Part shown: piece after piece, positions 54,676 through 64,000 of the stretch
Layout: each line of letters opens with the position of its first letter
Numbering within the stretch: position 1 is the first letter of the stretch
Origin: an uncultured Chloroflexia bacterium
GTDB taxonomy: Bacteria; Chloroflexota; Limnocylindria; QHBO01
DNA: 64,000 nucleotides
Direction of reading: 5' to 3'
Assembly (NCBI GenBank): GCA_963767985.1
Contig: CAVYGE010000006.1
Location: forward strand, 774,334-838,333
Position numbers and translations under genes: made by a program
The notes under the pieces: model-generated
What the model saw: only the letters and a program-made list of their open reading frames with translations
The model's database searches: none
What the model was told of the DNA's origin: nothing

Positions 54676-55801
54676 CGACGGCTGCCTCCTCGTGGGCTTC
54701 GGCCTGGTGCTCGGGGTCGCCTTCGGGATGCTCGCCGCCGGCCGCCGCAGTCGCGACGCCGGCATCCGAGCGAATGTCGATTCGCCAGCCGGTCAGCTTG
54801 GCGGCCAGCCGGGCGTTCTGGCCCTCCTTGCCGATGGCAAGGCTGAGCTGACGCTCCGGGACGATCACGTTCGCGATCTTGTGCTCTTCGTCGACACGCA
54901 CGCTCAGCACCTCGGCCGGGCTGAGGGCCTCGGCCACGAAGCGCCCCGGATCCTCGTCCCACAGGACGATGTCCACCTTCTCGCCATTGAGCTCGGCCAC
55001 GATCGACTGGATCCGTGCCCCACGCTGGCCGACGGCCGCGCCCTTGGCGTCGACCCCCTGCTGGCGGCTCTCGACCGCGACCTTGGAGCGGCTGCCTGCC
55101 TCTCGGGCGATTCCACGGATCACGACGGTGCCGTTGTAGATCTCCGGGATCTCCATCTCCATGAGACGGCGCAGGAAGCCGCGGTGCGTGCGGCTGGCGA
55201 CGATGACGGGGCCACGGGTCGTGCGACGCACCTCCATGACGTAGACCTTGAGGTGCTGGCCGATGCGGTACGTCTCGTTCGGAAGCTGCTCGGTGATGGC
55301 CAGGACCGCCTCGACGTCCTTGCCCATGTCGAGCACGACGGCCGACTCGGTGGTGCGCTGCACGGTGCCGGTCATGATCTCGCCCTCACGAGACGCGTAC
55401 TGCTGGAAGACAACGTCGCGCTGCGCCTCCCGCAACCGCTGCCGGTACACCTGACCGGCCGTCTGGGCCGCGATGCGGCCGAGCTGAGCCTGGGTCACGT
55501 TCTCCGGGATGCGAACCTTGGCGCCGACACCGGTCGCCGGGTCGATCTTCTGCGCGTCGGCGACGAACATCTGTGCCTCGGGGTCCTCGACCTCCTCGAC
55601 GGTGGCCATGACCTCGTACTCGCGCGCGACACTGATCTCACCCGTCTCCGGGTTCACGGTCACGACGACGTTCTCCGGCGCATCGGCATTGCGGCGGTAT
55701 GCCGATTCGATCGCCTGCTCCAGGGTCCGGATCAGGATCTCCTGCGGCACACCCTTCTCGGCGTTCAGCTGGAGCAGTGCTCCGATGAAGTCTCGATTCA
55801 T
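54656..55801 (-). CDS. nusA: Transcription termination/antitermination factor NusA
   Basis: N-terminal domain, S1 and two KH domains (VRIAVESRQQGVDAKGAAVGQRGARIQSIV...). Start at MNRDFIGALLQ. Confidence 0.9.
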   Translation of the reverse strand: MNRDFIGALLQLNAEKGVPQEILIRTLEQAIESAYRRNADAPENVVVTVNPETGEISVAREYEVMATVEEVEDPEAQMFVADAQKIDPATGVGAKVRIPENVTQAQLGRIAAQTAGQVYRQRLREAQRDVVFQQYASREGEIMTGTVQRTTESAVVLDMGKDVEAVLAITEQLPNETYRIGQHLKVYVMEVRRTTRGPVIVASRTHRGFLRRLMEMEIPEIYNGTVVIRGIAREAGSRSKVAVESRQQGVDAKGAAVGQRGARIQSIVAELNGEKVDIVLWDEDPGRFVAEALSPAEVLSVRVDEEHKIANVIVPERQLSLAIGKEGQNARLAAKLTGWRIDIRSDAGVATAAAGGEHPEGDPEHQAEAHEEAAVDAEAAT

Positions 55802-55981
55802 GGCCGCTCCTCGTTCCGCGATCGCCGGACCCATCTCGGCCGGGGACAAACAAAGACGTGGGATGGCGAACCGACCCACGTCCTCGTTACTCAGTTCAAT
55901 ATGTGTGGTTCGTCGATTGGTCGGTCGAACCGTCCCGGAGTATACCCGATGGCCCACTCCCCCGCATGAGCGGGGCCAGGC

Positions 55982-57109
55982 TCAGCCTCCGGTCACCAGG
56001 CGCTGAATGTCCTGGATGCTGATCAGGATCACGAGGGCCAGGAGCACGGCAAAGCCGGTCAGGTAGATCAGCGCCTCGCGCTCCGCCGGAAGGCGCCGCC
56101 GCCGCACGGACTCGAGCAGGACAACCATGATCCGGCCGCCGTCGAGAGGCGGGAACGGCAGCACGTTGAGGACCGCAAGGTTGATCGACAGAACGCCCAT
56201 GAACAGCAGCTGGCTGACCAGCGGGGCCTCGAGCACGCGCCCGGTCTCCTGGGCGATCCCGATCGGGCCCATGGCATCGCCGGCGTTCGGGTTCAGGCCG
56301 AGCAGCCCGCCGACGGCCTCGGCCAGACCGCCGGGGATCTGGACGGCGAGCGTTGCCGCCGCGCTGGTGCCACGACCGACAGCATCGAGCGGCCCATTGA
56401 CCGTCGAGGGCTCCTCGACAAGCCGATCGGGCTCGTACGAGAAGCCGACGGGGCCGATGCCCCGCTGGCGCTCCTCGCGGGTCACCGATCGTGGGATCAG
56501 CGACACGGTGACCTCGTCGCCGTCGCGCAGGACGGCCAGATCGACGAGGAATCCGGCGCGTCCGGCCACGTACTCGGTCAGGTCCGCCGAGCGCTCGAAC
56601 GTCCGCCCATCGGCCCCGAGGATCACGTCGCCCTCCGCGAGCCGCCCATCGGCGGGGCTGCTGTCCTGGACGCTGATGACGGTCAGGGGCCCGTGGCCGA
56701 TCGGGATCGGCAGGCTCAGCGCGACGGCGAACAGGGCGGCGGCCAGGACGAAGTTCATCACCACGCCGGCCAGCAGGACCCCGAGCCGAATCCACAGCGG
56801 CTTGCGATTGAAGGCTCCGGCCATGGCGGTGTCGATCTCGGTCGACGTGAGGCCCTGCTCGCGGAGGCGTCGGAGCTCGACATCGCCGTCCTCGCCGAGC
56901 ATGCGGACGAATCCGCCGAGGGGGATCCAGTTCAGGCTGTAGCGCGTGCCGCGCCACATCACCGAGCCGACCCGTGGCGGGAAGCCGATCCCGAACTCCT
57001 GCACCGTGATCCCGGCGCGCTTGGCGACGAGGAAGTGGCCGAGCTCGTGCACCAGGACGAGAACGACGAGGACCGCCAGGAAGGCGGCGACGGTGCCGAT
57101 GACGTCCAT
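55982..57109 (-). CDS. rseP: RIP metalloprotease RseP (site-2 protease)
   Basis: HELGHFLVAKRAGI (HExxH), PDZ domain, and LDGG motif (NVLPFPPLDGGRI). Confidence 0.92.
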   Translation of the reverse strand: MDVIGTVAAFLAVLVVLVLVHELGHFLVAKRAGITVQEFGIGFPPRVGSVMWRGTRYSLNWIPLGGFVRMLGEDGDVELRRLREQGLTSTEIDTAMAGAFNRKPLWIRLGVLLAGVVMNFVLAAALFAVALSLPIPIGHGPLTVISVQDSSPADGRLAEGDVILGADGRTFERSADLTEYVAGRAGFLVDLAVLRDGDEVTVSLIPRSVTREERQRGIGPVGFSYEPDRLVEEPSTVNGPLDAVGRGTSAAATLAVQIPGGLAEAVGGLLGLNPNAGDAMGPIGIAQETGRVLEAPLVSQLLFMGVLSINLAVLNVLPFPPLDGGRIMVVLLESVRRRRLPAEREALIYLTGFAVLLALVILISIQDIQRLVTGG

Positions 57110-58254
57110 CAGGCCGATGCCGGACCGATGTCGGCGCGAATCTGGTCGCGCACCTCGCGGTCGAGCTCGGCGATGGCCACGAGGTCAGGCTCCGCGTCGG
57201 CTCCCCAGCGCGCAACGGCGTCGTCGATCGTCGTCGCGATGGCGCCGAACGTGATGCGACCGTCAAGGAACGCTGCGACCGCGATCTCGTCCGCCGCGTT
57301 GAGCACGATCCCGCGGTTTCCACCCGCCTCCGCGGCAGCTCGGACGACGCGATAGGCCGGGTAGGCCGTGGCGTCGAGTGGCGCGAAGTCGAGGGACATC
57401 CAGTCGCTCGGATGCGATCGCCGCGTCGGCGACGGCAGCCGATCGGGGTAGGTGAGAGCGTACTGGATGGGCAGGCGCATGTCGGGGAGCCCGAGCTGTG
57501 CCTTGAACGAGCCGTCGACGAACTCCACGATGGAGTGCACCACGCTCTGCGGGTGGATCACGGCATCGATCTTAGGGTACGGGAGCCGATACAGCCATTT
57601 GGCCTCGATGACCTCGAATGCCTTGTTCACCAGGGTGGCCGAGTCGACGGTGATCTTGGGCCCCATCCGCCACGTGGGGTGCGCCAGTGCCTCTTCCGGC
57701 GTGACGGCGTGGAGGGACTCCGGCGCTCGGCCGCGAAACGGTCCTCCGCTGGCGGTCAGCACCAGACGTTCGACGTCCTCGAGGCGTTCCCCCACCAGGC
57801 ACTGCCAGATCGCCGAGTGCTCGCTGTCGATCGGGCGCAGAAGGTCAAGGGCGTCTCCGCCGGCCTCATCCACGACCCGCATCACGAGATGACCACCCGT
57901 GATCAGCGTCTCCTTGTTGGCGAGCGCCACGCGTCGGCCCGCGCGCAGCGCCGCCAGGACGGCGGACAACGCCGCCATGCCGGTGGTGGCGACGACCACC
58001 AGATCCACGTCGTCGGCGGTCGCGAGGTCCTCGAGACCTCCGTCTGCCCAGCGCTTCGGACCGCGCTCCCCCGCTCGTTCGTCTGCGCACCACCAGCGCG
58101 CGTCCGGCCAGGCGGCGAGTTGGTCGCGGATCTGCTGCCCGTCGTGCCCGCTGGCCAGGCCGACGACCCGGAATCGCTCGGGGTGCGCGGCGGCAACCTC
58201 GAGCGTCTGCGTGCCAATCGAGCCGGTGGAGCCCAGGACCGCGATTCCCGTCAT
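57109..58254 (-). CDS. dxr: 1-deoxy-D-xylulose 5-phosphate reductoisomerase
   Basis: GIAVLGSTGSIGTQTLEV...LANKE...DSEHSAIWQCL. Confidence 0.93.
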   Translation of the reverse strand: MTGIAVLGSTGSIGTQTLEVAAAHPERFRVVGLASGHDGQQIRDQLAAWPDARWWCADERAGERGPKRWADGGLEDLATADDVDLVVVATTGMAALSAVLAALRAGRRVALANKETLITGGHLVMRVVDEAGGDALDLLRPIDSEHSAIWQCLVGERLEDVERLVLTASGGPFRGRAPESLHAVTPEEALAHPTWRMGPKITVDSATLVNKAFEVIEAKWLYRLPYPKIDAVIHPQSVVHSIVEFVDGSFKAQLGLPDMRLPIQYALTYPDRLPSPTRRSHPSDWMSLDFAPLDATAYPAYRVVRAAAEAGGNRGIVLNAADEIAVAAFLDGRITFGAIATTIDDAVARWGADAEPDLVAIAELDREVRDQIRADIGPASA

Positions 58255-59150
58255 GCCACCCGACCGGCGACGAGGAGCGCGTAGCCGGCGAGGACCGGCG
58301 CGGCGAAGAGAAGCGAGTCCATGCGGTCCAGGATGCCGCCGTGGCCGGGCATCAGGAAGCCTGACTCCTTGCGCCCTGCCGCACGCTTGATCATCGACTC
58401 GGCCAGGTCCCCGGCCTGGGCCGCGAGTCCGACGAGCGGTCCGATGACGAGGGGATGCCACGCGTCGAGCCCCAGGATGAGTGCCCCGATGCCGGCACCA
58501 GCCGTCGCGACCACCAGCCCGCCCGTCAGCCCCTCGATCGTCTTCGACGGGCTGATGTGGTCGAGCATGTGGCGTCGCCCGAGCCAGCGCCCGGTCAGGA
58601 ACGCGCCGGTGTCGTACCCCCACACGATGAGCAGCAGCATCAGGCCCCACGCCGGGCCCGAGGCGATGCCGAACGGGCCGACCGGCGAGGTCGACGACGC
58701 ACCGGGCGGCGAGAGGTGGGCGACGAGGGCGATGGTCGGCAGGAGCAGGCCGAGATACAGGAGACCGAACGAGGTGGTCGCCCAGGTCATGAAGCCGGTC
58801 CGGGGGTCGGCGCGCGTGAACGCCGCAACGCTCACGAGGAGCACCGCTGCGACGGCCGTGGCAGCCACGAGGCCCGGTGGATCCAGGGCGCCGAGCAGGG
58901 TCGCGACGCCACCGCCCATGCTTGCCTCGTTGATCGAGATGAGCCCGGCGGCAATCAGGCTCATTCCCGCCAGGATCGTCAGCACCTGCGGCGGGTGGTA
59001 GTCCGCGGCGTCGAGCAGGCCGACGAGCTCGACCAGGGCGAGGAATCCGGCGACCCCGAGCAGAAGCGAGAGCCACGGCTCGCCCAGCAGCACGATCGCC
59101 AGGATCACCGGTGCGAGGACGGCCGCGGTCAGCAGCCGCGTTCTCAGCAT
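58251..59150 (-). CDS. cdsA: Phosphatidate cytidylyltransferase
   Basis: Polytopic membrane protein with a CdsA C-terminal signature (...DRMDSLLFAAP). Confidence 0.88.
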   Translation of the reverse strand: MLRTRLLTAAVLAPVILAIVLLGEPWLSLLLGVAGFLALVELVGLLDAADYHPPQVLTILAGMSLIAAGLISINEASMGGGVATLLGALDPPGLVAATAVAAVLLVSVAAFTRADPRTGFMTWATTSFGLLYLGLLLPTIALVAHLSPPGASSTSPVGPFGIASGPAWGLMLLLIVWGYDTGAFLTGRWLGRRHMLDHISPSKTIEGLTGGLVVATAGAGIGALILGLDAWHPLVIGPLVGLAAQAGDLAESMIKRAAGRKESGFLMPGHGGILDRMDSLLFAAPVLAGYALLVAGRVA

Positions 59151-59158
59151 TCGGTCAC

Positions 59159-59851
59159 CTACCCGCCGAAACGCCGGTCGCGGCGCACGTACTCGGCCAG
59201 CGCCGCGTCGAAGTCGTCATCGGTGAAGTCCGGCCAGTACTTCGGGCAGAAGATCAGCTCGGCATATGCGGCCTGCCAGAGCAGGAAGTTGCTGGTTCGC
59301 TGGTCCCCGCCGGTTCGGATGACGAGGTCGACCTCCGGCTGCCCCGACGTGTAGAGGTGCTCGGCGAAGTGCTCCTCGTCGATCGCGGAGGGGTCAACCT
59401 GCGCGGCCATCATCGCGCGTGCCGCGTCGACGATCTCTGCGCGCCCGGAGTAGTTGAAGCAGATGTTCAGCGTCAGACGGGATCCCCCCGCGGTCCGCTC
59501 CTCCGCCGCGCGGATCGAACGCTGGACGTCCGAGGGAGCCTCGTGCAGGCGGCCGATGACCCGGACGCGGACGTCCTCGGCGATGAGCTCATCGGTGTAC
59601 TGGCGGACGGCGCCGTCGATGAGGCCGAAGAGGCCGGTCACCTCGTCCTGCGGGCGACTCCAGTTCTCCGTGCTGAAGGTGTAGACCGAGAGGGTCTCCA
59701 CGCCGGCATCGCGCGCCCGGCGCACCACGGGCCGTATGGCCTCGACGCCCTGGATGTGCCCGGCGAGCACGGGAAGGCCACGCTCGCGGGCCCAGCGCCG
59801 ATTGCCGTCGGCGATGATGGCGACGTGCCGGGGTCGGACCTCGTCCGGCAC
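59159..59851 (-). CDS. uppS: Isoprenyl transferase (undecaprenyl-diphosphate synthase)
   Basis: HVAIIADGNRRWA...FSTENWSRP... Confidence 0.93.
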   Translation of the reverse strand: MPDEVRPRHVAIIADGNRRWARERGLPVLAGHIQGVEAIRPVVRRARDAGVETLSVYTFSTENWSRPQDEVTGLFGLIDGAVRQYTDELIAEDVRVRVIGRLHEAPSDVQRSIRAAEERTAGGSRLTLNICFNYSGRAEIVDAARAMMAAQVDPSAIDEEHFAEHLYTSGQPEVDLVIRTGGDQRTSNFLLWQAAYAELIFCPKYWPDFTDDDFDAALAEYVRRDRRFGG

Positions 59852-59854
59852 CGG

Positions 59855-60412
59855 TCAGACCTCCAGGATCTCGGCTTCCTTGCGCTCCGAGCGCGCGTCG
59901 ATGACCTCGACGTGGCGATCCGTGAGCTTCTGGAGCGCGTCGATCTCGCGATGCTCCTCGTCCTCGGACAGGTCGCCGTCGCGGAGCGCCTTCTTCAACG
60001 CATCGGCGGCCTCGCGCCGATGGTTGCGGACCTCGACGCGGGCCTCTTCCGCGCGCCGGCGTACCTGCTTCACCATCTCCTTGCGACGGTCCTCGGTCAG
60101 CGGCGGCACGTTGAGGCGCACCACCGTGCCGTCGACGTTCGGCATGAGGCCGATGTCGCTCTTGGTGATGGCCTTCTCGATCGCCGACAGGACCGAGCGG
60201 TCCCAGGGCTGGATGACGATGAGGTGCGCGTCGGGCGTGCTGATGCCGGCCACCTGGTTCAGCGGCGTCTGGGCACCGTAGTAGTCCACGGTGATGCGCT
60301 CGACCAGCGCCGTCGAGGCACGGCCCGTGCGAATCCCGGCGAAGTCCCGTTCCATCGCTTCGATCGCCCGCTGCATCTTGGGTTCGATCTCGATCAGCGC
60401 TTCGTGCGTCAT
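59855..60412 (-). CDS. frr: Ribosome recycling factor
   Basis: Full-length 185-aa Frr match. Confidence 0.95.
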   Translation of the reverse strand: MTHEALIEIEPKMQRAIEAMERDFAGIRTGRASTALVERITVDYYGAQTPLNQVAGISTPDAHLIVIQPWDRSVLSAIEKAITKSDIGLMPNVDGTVVRLNVPPLTEDRRKEMVKQVRRRAEEARVEVRNHRREAADALKKALRDGDLSEDEEHREIDALQKLTDRHVEVIDARSERKEAEILEV

Positions 60413-60416
60413 CGGT

Positions 60417-61158
60417 TCACTCTCCTGAGATCAGCGTGCCGATTCTCTCGCCGGCGATCGCGCGGGTGATGTTGCCCGGGACCGTCATGTCGAAGACGAC
60501 GATCGGCATCTGGTTGTCCATCGCCAGGCTGACGGCGGTCGCATCGAGTGCCTGGAGCCGATTGCTCAGCAGGTCGGTGTAGCCGATCTGGCTGTAGCGC
60601 TGGGCATCGGGATGCGTCTCGGGGTCGGCATCGTACACCCCGTCGACGCGCGTCGCCTTGAGGATGACCTGGGCATGAACCTCGACGGCGCGCAGCGTCG
60701 CGGCGGTATCGGTCGTGAAGTACGGGTTGCCGGTCCCTGCCACCATGACGACCACGCGACCCTTCTCGAGATGGCGTTCCGCGCGGCGGCGAATGTAGGG
60801 CTCGCAGATCTCGTTCATGGCGATCGCGCTCATCACCCGGGTAGGGCACTGCGCCTGTTCCAGGGCGTCCTGGATGGCCAGGCCGTTCATGACGGTGGCC
60901 AGCATCCCCATGTAGTCGCCGGTGGAGCGATCCATGCCGCGCGCGCTGGCCGCCAGACCTCGAAAGATGTTTCCCCCGCCGACCACCACCGCGATCTCGG
61001 TGCCATCGGACTTGGCGGCCGCGATCTGCCCCGCGATGCCGCGCACGACCTCGGGATCGATCCCGTACTCGTGCTCGCCCATCAGTGCCTCGCCGGACAG
61101 CTTCAGAAGCACCCGACGGGGCGACGGTCCCTTCGCGGCCTGCCCGGCGTCGGTCACC
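60417..61158 (-). CDS. pyrH: UMP kinase
   Basis: [11 protein letters not shown]...[14 protein letters not shown] start 3 nt after the tsf stop. Confidence 0.9.
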
Positions 61159-61159
61159 G

Positions 61160-61792
61160 TCAGGCGGCCTCCTCGGTCTCGGGACCGGTCATCTCGCCGA
61201 CGCCCATGCGGGCGAAGCGAGCGACCCGGATGTTCTCGCCCAGCAGCGCGACCTTCTCGGTGATCAGGTCGGAGATGCGCCGGTCGGTGTCGCGGTAGGG
61301 CTGCTCGAGCAGGCAGACCGACTCGAGCCACTTGTTCAGCTTGCCCTCCACGATCATCGGGATGCGATCGGCCGGCCGGCCGTCGCGCTCGGCATCCACG
61401 GCGAAGAGCCGCTTCTGCTCCTCGAGGATCTCAGACGGGACGTCGTCGCGACTCACGTACTGCGGGGCCATTCCGGCGACCTGCATCGCGATCTCGCGGG
61501 CCAGCTGCTGGAAGTCCTCGGTGCGGGCCACGAAGTCAGTCTCGCAGTTCAGCTCCAGGAGCACGCCGAGACGCGAGCCATGGTGGATGTAGCTCGTGAC
61601 GATCCCCTCGCGCGCATCTCGTCCGGCCTTCTTGGCCGCGGTGGAGAGACCCTTCTCGCGAAGGGCCAGCACGGCCTTCTCGTAGTCCCCGTCCGACTCG
61701 GTGAGGGCGCGCTTGCAGTCCATGATGCCGGCGCCGGTCTGCTCGCGCAGCCGCTTCACATCCTCGGGCTTGATCATCAGCGTGTTCGTCAT
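61160..61792 (-). CDS. tsf: Elongation factor Ts (short form)
   Basis: [35 protein letters not shown]... Confidence 0.93.
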   Translation of the reverse strand: MTNTLMIKPEDVKRLREQTGAGIMDCKRALTESDGDYEKAVLALREKGLSTAAKKAGRDAREGIVTSYIHHGSRLGVLLELNCETDFVARTEDFQQLAREIAMQVAGMAPQYVSRDDVPSEILEEQKRLFAVDAERDGRPADRIPMIVEGKLNKWLESVCLLEQPYRDTDRRISDLITEKVALLGENIRVARFARMGVGEMTGPETEEAA

Positions 61793-61809
61793 GTCCCTTC
61801 CCCCGCCGG

Positions 61810-62766
61810 CTACGGGCGGGGCTCCTCTTTCTTGGTCAGCTCGTCGATCTGGCGCTCGTGCTCCCGATCCGGGTTGTGCTCGGGCTCGCCCTCTTCGAGA
61901 TGAGCGGCTCGTCGGGCGCGTGCCTTGCGCTCCTCTTCCTCGTCGTCCTCGGGCTCAGGCTCGAAGACCAGGGCCTCACCGGTGGCGAGGGCTGCGGTGT
62001 AATCGGCCTCCGAGCCGAGCGCGGTGTCGTCGACCGGGGGCATGGCCTCGGCCTGCTCGAACTCCTCGTCGAGCTTCGCCTGGCGCTCCTGCTGGGCGAC
62101 GCTCGCCGCATCGGAGACCAACGCGCAGATCAGCCGCACGGAGCGAATCGCGTCGTCATTGGCCGGGATGACCCAGTCGATCAGATCCGGGTCGCAATTC
62201 GTGTCGGTCATCGCCACGATCGGGATCTCGAGGCGCCGCGCCTCGGCGACCGCGATCTCCTCGCGATGGGGGTCGACGATGAAGACGGCCCCGGGCAATC
62301 GGCGCATCTTGCGGATTCCACCCAGCACCGCGTTGAGCTTGTTGATCTCTTCGGTGAGCTTCGAGGCTTCCTTCTTGGTCAGACGCTCGAACTCGCCGGC
62401 GTCGCGACGCGCCTCGAGTGCCTCGAGACGCTGGATGCGGCGCTTGATCGTGGTGAAGTTCGTGAGCATCCCGCCGAGCCAACGGGTGTTGACGTAGTGC
62501 TGACCGGAGCGGGTGGCGGCCTCCGCCAGCGCGTCCTGCGCCTGCTTCTTCGTCCCGACGAAGAGCACGCTGTCCCCGCGCCGCACGGTCTCGCGCACGA
62601 ACTCGAGCGCGGCTTCGAGACGTGAGACGGTCTGGGCGAGGTCGATGATGTGGATCCCGTTCCGCTCCGCGAAGATGTACTCGCGCATCTTCGGGTTCCA
62701 GCGGCGGGTCTGATGCCCGAAGTGGACGCCCGCTTCGAGCAGCTGCTTCATGCTGGTGGCAGCCAA
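61810..62766 (-). CDS. rpsB: 30S ribosomal protein S2 with an ~80-aa acidic C-terminal extension
   Basis: [22 protein letters not shown]...full S2 core, then an [13 protein letters not shown]... tail. Confidence 0.93.
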   Translation of the reverse strand: MAATSMKQLLEAGVHFGHQTRRWNPKMREYIFAERNGIHIIDLAQTVSRLEAALEFVRETVRRGDSVLFVGTKKQAQDALAEAATRSGQHYVNTRWLGGMLTNFTTIKRRIQRLEALEARRDAGEFERLTKKEASKLTEEINKLNAVLGGIRKMRRLPGAVFIVDPHREEIAVAEARRLEIPIVAMTDTNCDPDLIDWVIPANDDAIRSVRLICALVSDAASVAQQERQAKLDEEFEQAEAMPPVDDTALGSEADYTAALATGEALVFEPEPEDDEEEERKARARRAAHLEEGEPEHNPDREHERQIDELTKKEEPRP

Positions 62767-63095
62767 GTGATACCTCCGGTTCGTTCCTCCGCCCGACCTC
62801 GGCTCCCGAGGTCAACCTCTCTCCGGAGCGCGGGCTCCGTCCGAGGCACCGACGACCAGTCAGGATCAGCCGGGCGTGTGAGATGGGTTCCCGTGCGACT
62901 GCACGAGGGATCGAGTATAGCAGAGGCGGCCCGCGGTCCCCGAAGGCCCCCCGCAGGGCCGGGGTGCCCCAATCCGCACCACACGGTACCGAAGTACTCC
63001 CCCGCCACCCGCAGGTACCTTGACCCTCCCGAGATCGGTCCTAGCATCCGCCCGCATCGTGAGACGAGGAGTCGAGCAGGTCGCTCCGCGTCGCA

Positions 63096-64000
63096 GTGAA
63101 CCGCAGGTGGAGGATCGACACATTGCACCGAGCCCGGCTCATCTCGCTCCTGGCGCTTCTTGGCCTCACCCTCGTCACCGGTCCGATTCTCGGCAGCGCG
63201 GCCCTGGCCGCGGACCCGATCGTGACCGTCCAGTCCGGTGACACACTGACGAGCATCGCGAGGCGCCATGACGTCGAGATCAGCACGCTGGTCGAGCTGA
63301 ACGCGCTCGCCGACCCGAATCGCATCTACGCCGGCCAGCGGCTCCGCACGACTGCGGCCCCACCCACGACCAGCGCTCCATCGCCGGTGCCCGCAGTCGC
63401 CGCGCGGGTGCACACGGTGCAGTCGGGCGAGCATCTCACCGGGATCGCGCGCCGCTATGGCACCACGATCGCGCGGATCAGCCAGGCGAACGGCATCACC
63501 AACCCGAGCCGCATCTACGCCGGTCAGCGCCTGACGATTCCGGGCACGGCGCCCGCGGCCCCGGCCGCCCCGCCTGCGGCAGCTCCGCCCGCCCCGGCAC
63601 CGCCCGCAGTCGCGGCGCGGGTGCACACGGTGCAGTCGGGCGAGCATCTCACCGGGATCGCGCGCCGCTATGGCACCACGATCGCGCGGATCAGCCAGGC
63701 GAACGGCATCACCAACCCGAGCCGCATCTATGCCGGTCAGCGCCTGACGATTCCGGGCACGGCGCCCGCGGCCCCGGCCGCCCCGGCTGCGACGACGCCC
63801 TCCATGCCCGGCTCGATGGCTGCGCTCGTGGCGAAGCGTGCCGGCGTCCGCGCCGTCATTCTCGAGGAGGCCGCCCGGTTCGGTGTCCCGGGACCATTCG
63901 CGCTCGCCGTGGCATGGCAAGAGTCCGGCTGGCAGCAGGGCGTGGTCAGCCACGCCGGTGCGGTGGGCGTCATGCAGCTCATGCCCGCAACGGCGGAGTG
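63096..64000 (+). CDS. Secreted LysM x3 - lytic transglycosylase (SLT domain) protein, partial: it runs off the window end
   Basis: Signal peptide [27 protein letters not shown]. Three LysM modules ([14 protein letters not shown]..., 2x [29 protein letters not shown]...). SLT motif ...ESGWQQ...[16 protein letters not shown] 63096 or TTG 63123 start. The frame is absent from the ORF track because no stop occurs within the window. Confidence 0.75.
   Translation, partial: MNRRWRIDTLHRARLISLLALLGLTLVTGPILGSAALAADPIVTVQSGDTLTSIARRHDVEISTLVELNALADPNRIYAGQRLRTTAAPPTTSAPSPVPAVAARVHTVQSGEHLTGIARRYGTTIARISQANGITNPSRIYAGQRLTIPGTAPAAPAAPPAAAPPAPAPPAVAARVHTVQSGEHLTGIARRYGTTIARISQANGITNPSRIYAGQRLTIPGTAPAAPAAPAATTPSMPGSMAALVAKRAGVRAVILEEAARFGVPGPFALAVAWQESGWQQGVVSHAGAVGVMQLMPATAE
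63393..63785 (+). repeat. Tandem 213-bp duplication (~99% identical copies) encoding LysM module 2 and 3 of the LysM-SLT protein
   Basis: 63393-63572 equals 63606-63785 with 2 mismatches. Confidence 0.85.

Noticed and set aside
55802-55981. A rimP gene between rseP and nusA
   Set aside because: Only 180 bp are available and no frame gives RimP-like sequence. The space is treated as regulatory instead.

Overview
This 64 kb window is a high-GC (about 70% by eye) chromosomal segment that is almost entirely coding. I found no tRNA or rRNA genes, CRISPR arrays, IS elements or prophage genes. The genes present, in order, are:

- **Mo-hydroxylase cluster:** CoxL/CoxS-like molybdo-hydroxylase subunits, a MocA-like cytidylyltransferase fused to a DUF5946-like domain, and a D-aminoacylase.
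- **Repair, tRNA and RNA-metabolism block:** ruvB, an AzgA-type purine permease, queA, tgt, recA-recX, a DUF1801 gene, an F420-type LLM oxidoreductase, and rny-ymdB-miaA.
- **Signalling island:** a GGDEF-EAL protein, hflX, a TrmH-family methyltransferase, then a phosphorelay made of a roughly 1960-aa hybrid histidine kinase (multiple GAF domains, HisKA, HATPase, two receivers), an Hpt protein, and a receiver-class III nucleotidyl cyclase.
- **Cell-surface pair:** two divergently transcribed secreted enzymes with CWB2 cell-wall-binding repeats, an M14 carboxypeptidase and a GH16-like protein.
- **Mixed block:** pirin, a SAM methyltransferase, a MurC/Mpl-like ligase, CinA-C/PncC, and yajQ.
- **Core operon, Firmicutes-like order:** rodZ-like, ftsK, rnj, udg, pnp, rpsO, ribF, truB, nrnA, rbfA, infB, ylxR, nusA, rseP, dxr, cdsA, uppS, frr, pyrH, tsf, rpsB.
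- **Window end:** a partial LysM x3 + SLT lytic transglycosylase.

The most unusual feature is the pnp gene, whose ORF carries a complete DnaQ-like DEDDh 3'-5' exonuclease domain inserted in frame into the helical linker of PNPase. Other notable features:

- Tandem, near-identical ~530-bp GAF-module repeats inside the giant kinase.
- A 24-bp AT-rich perfect palindrome at the ymdB/miaA junction.
- A shared ~20-bp motif about 90 bp upstream of two unrelated genes.
- A strongly SD-preceded 51-aa lysine-rich ORF upstream of recA.
- Pervasive frameshifts in many conserved genes, which look like homopolymer indel errors of a draft assembly rather than real pseudogenes.
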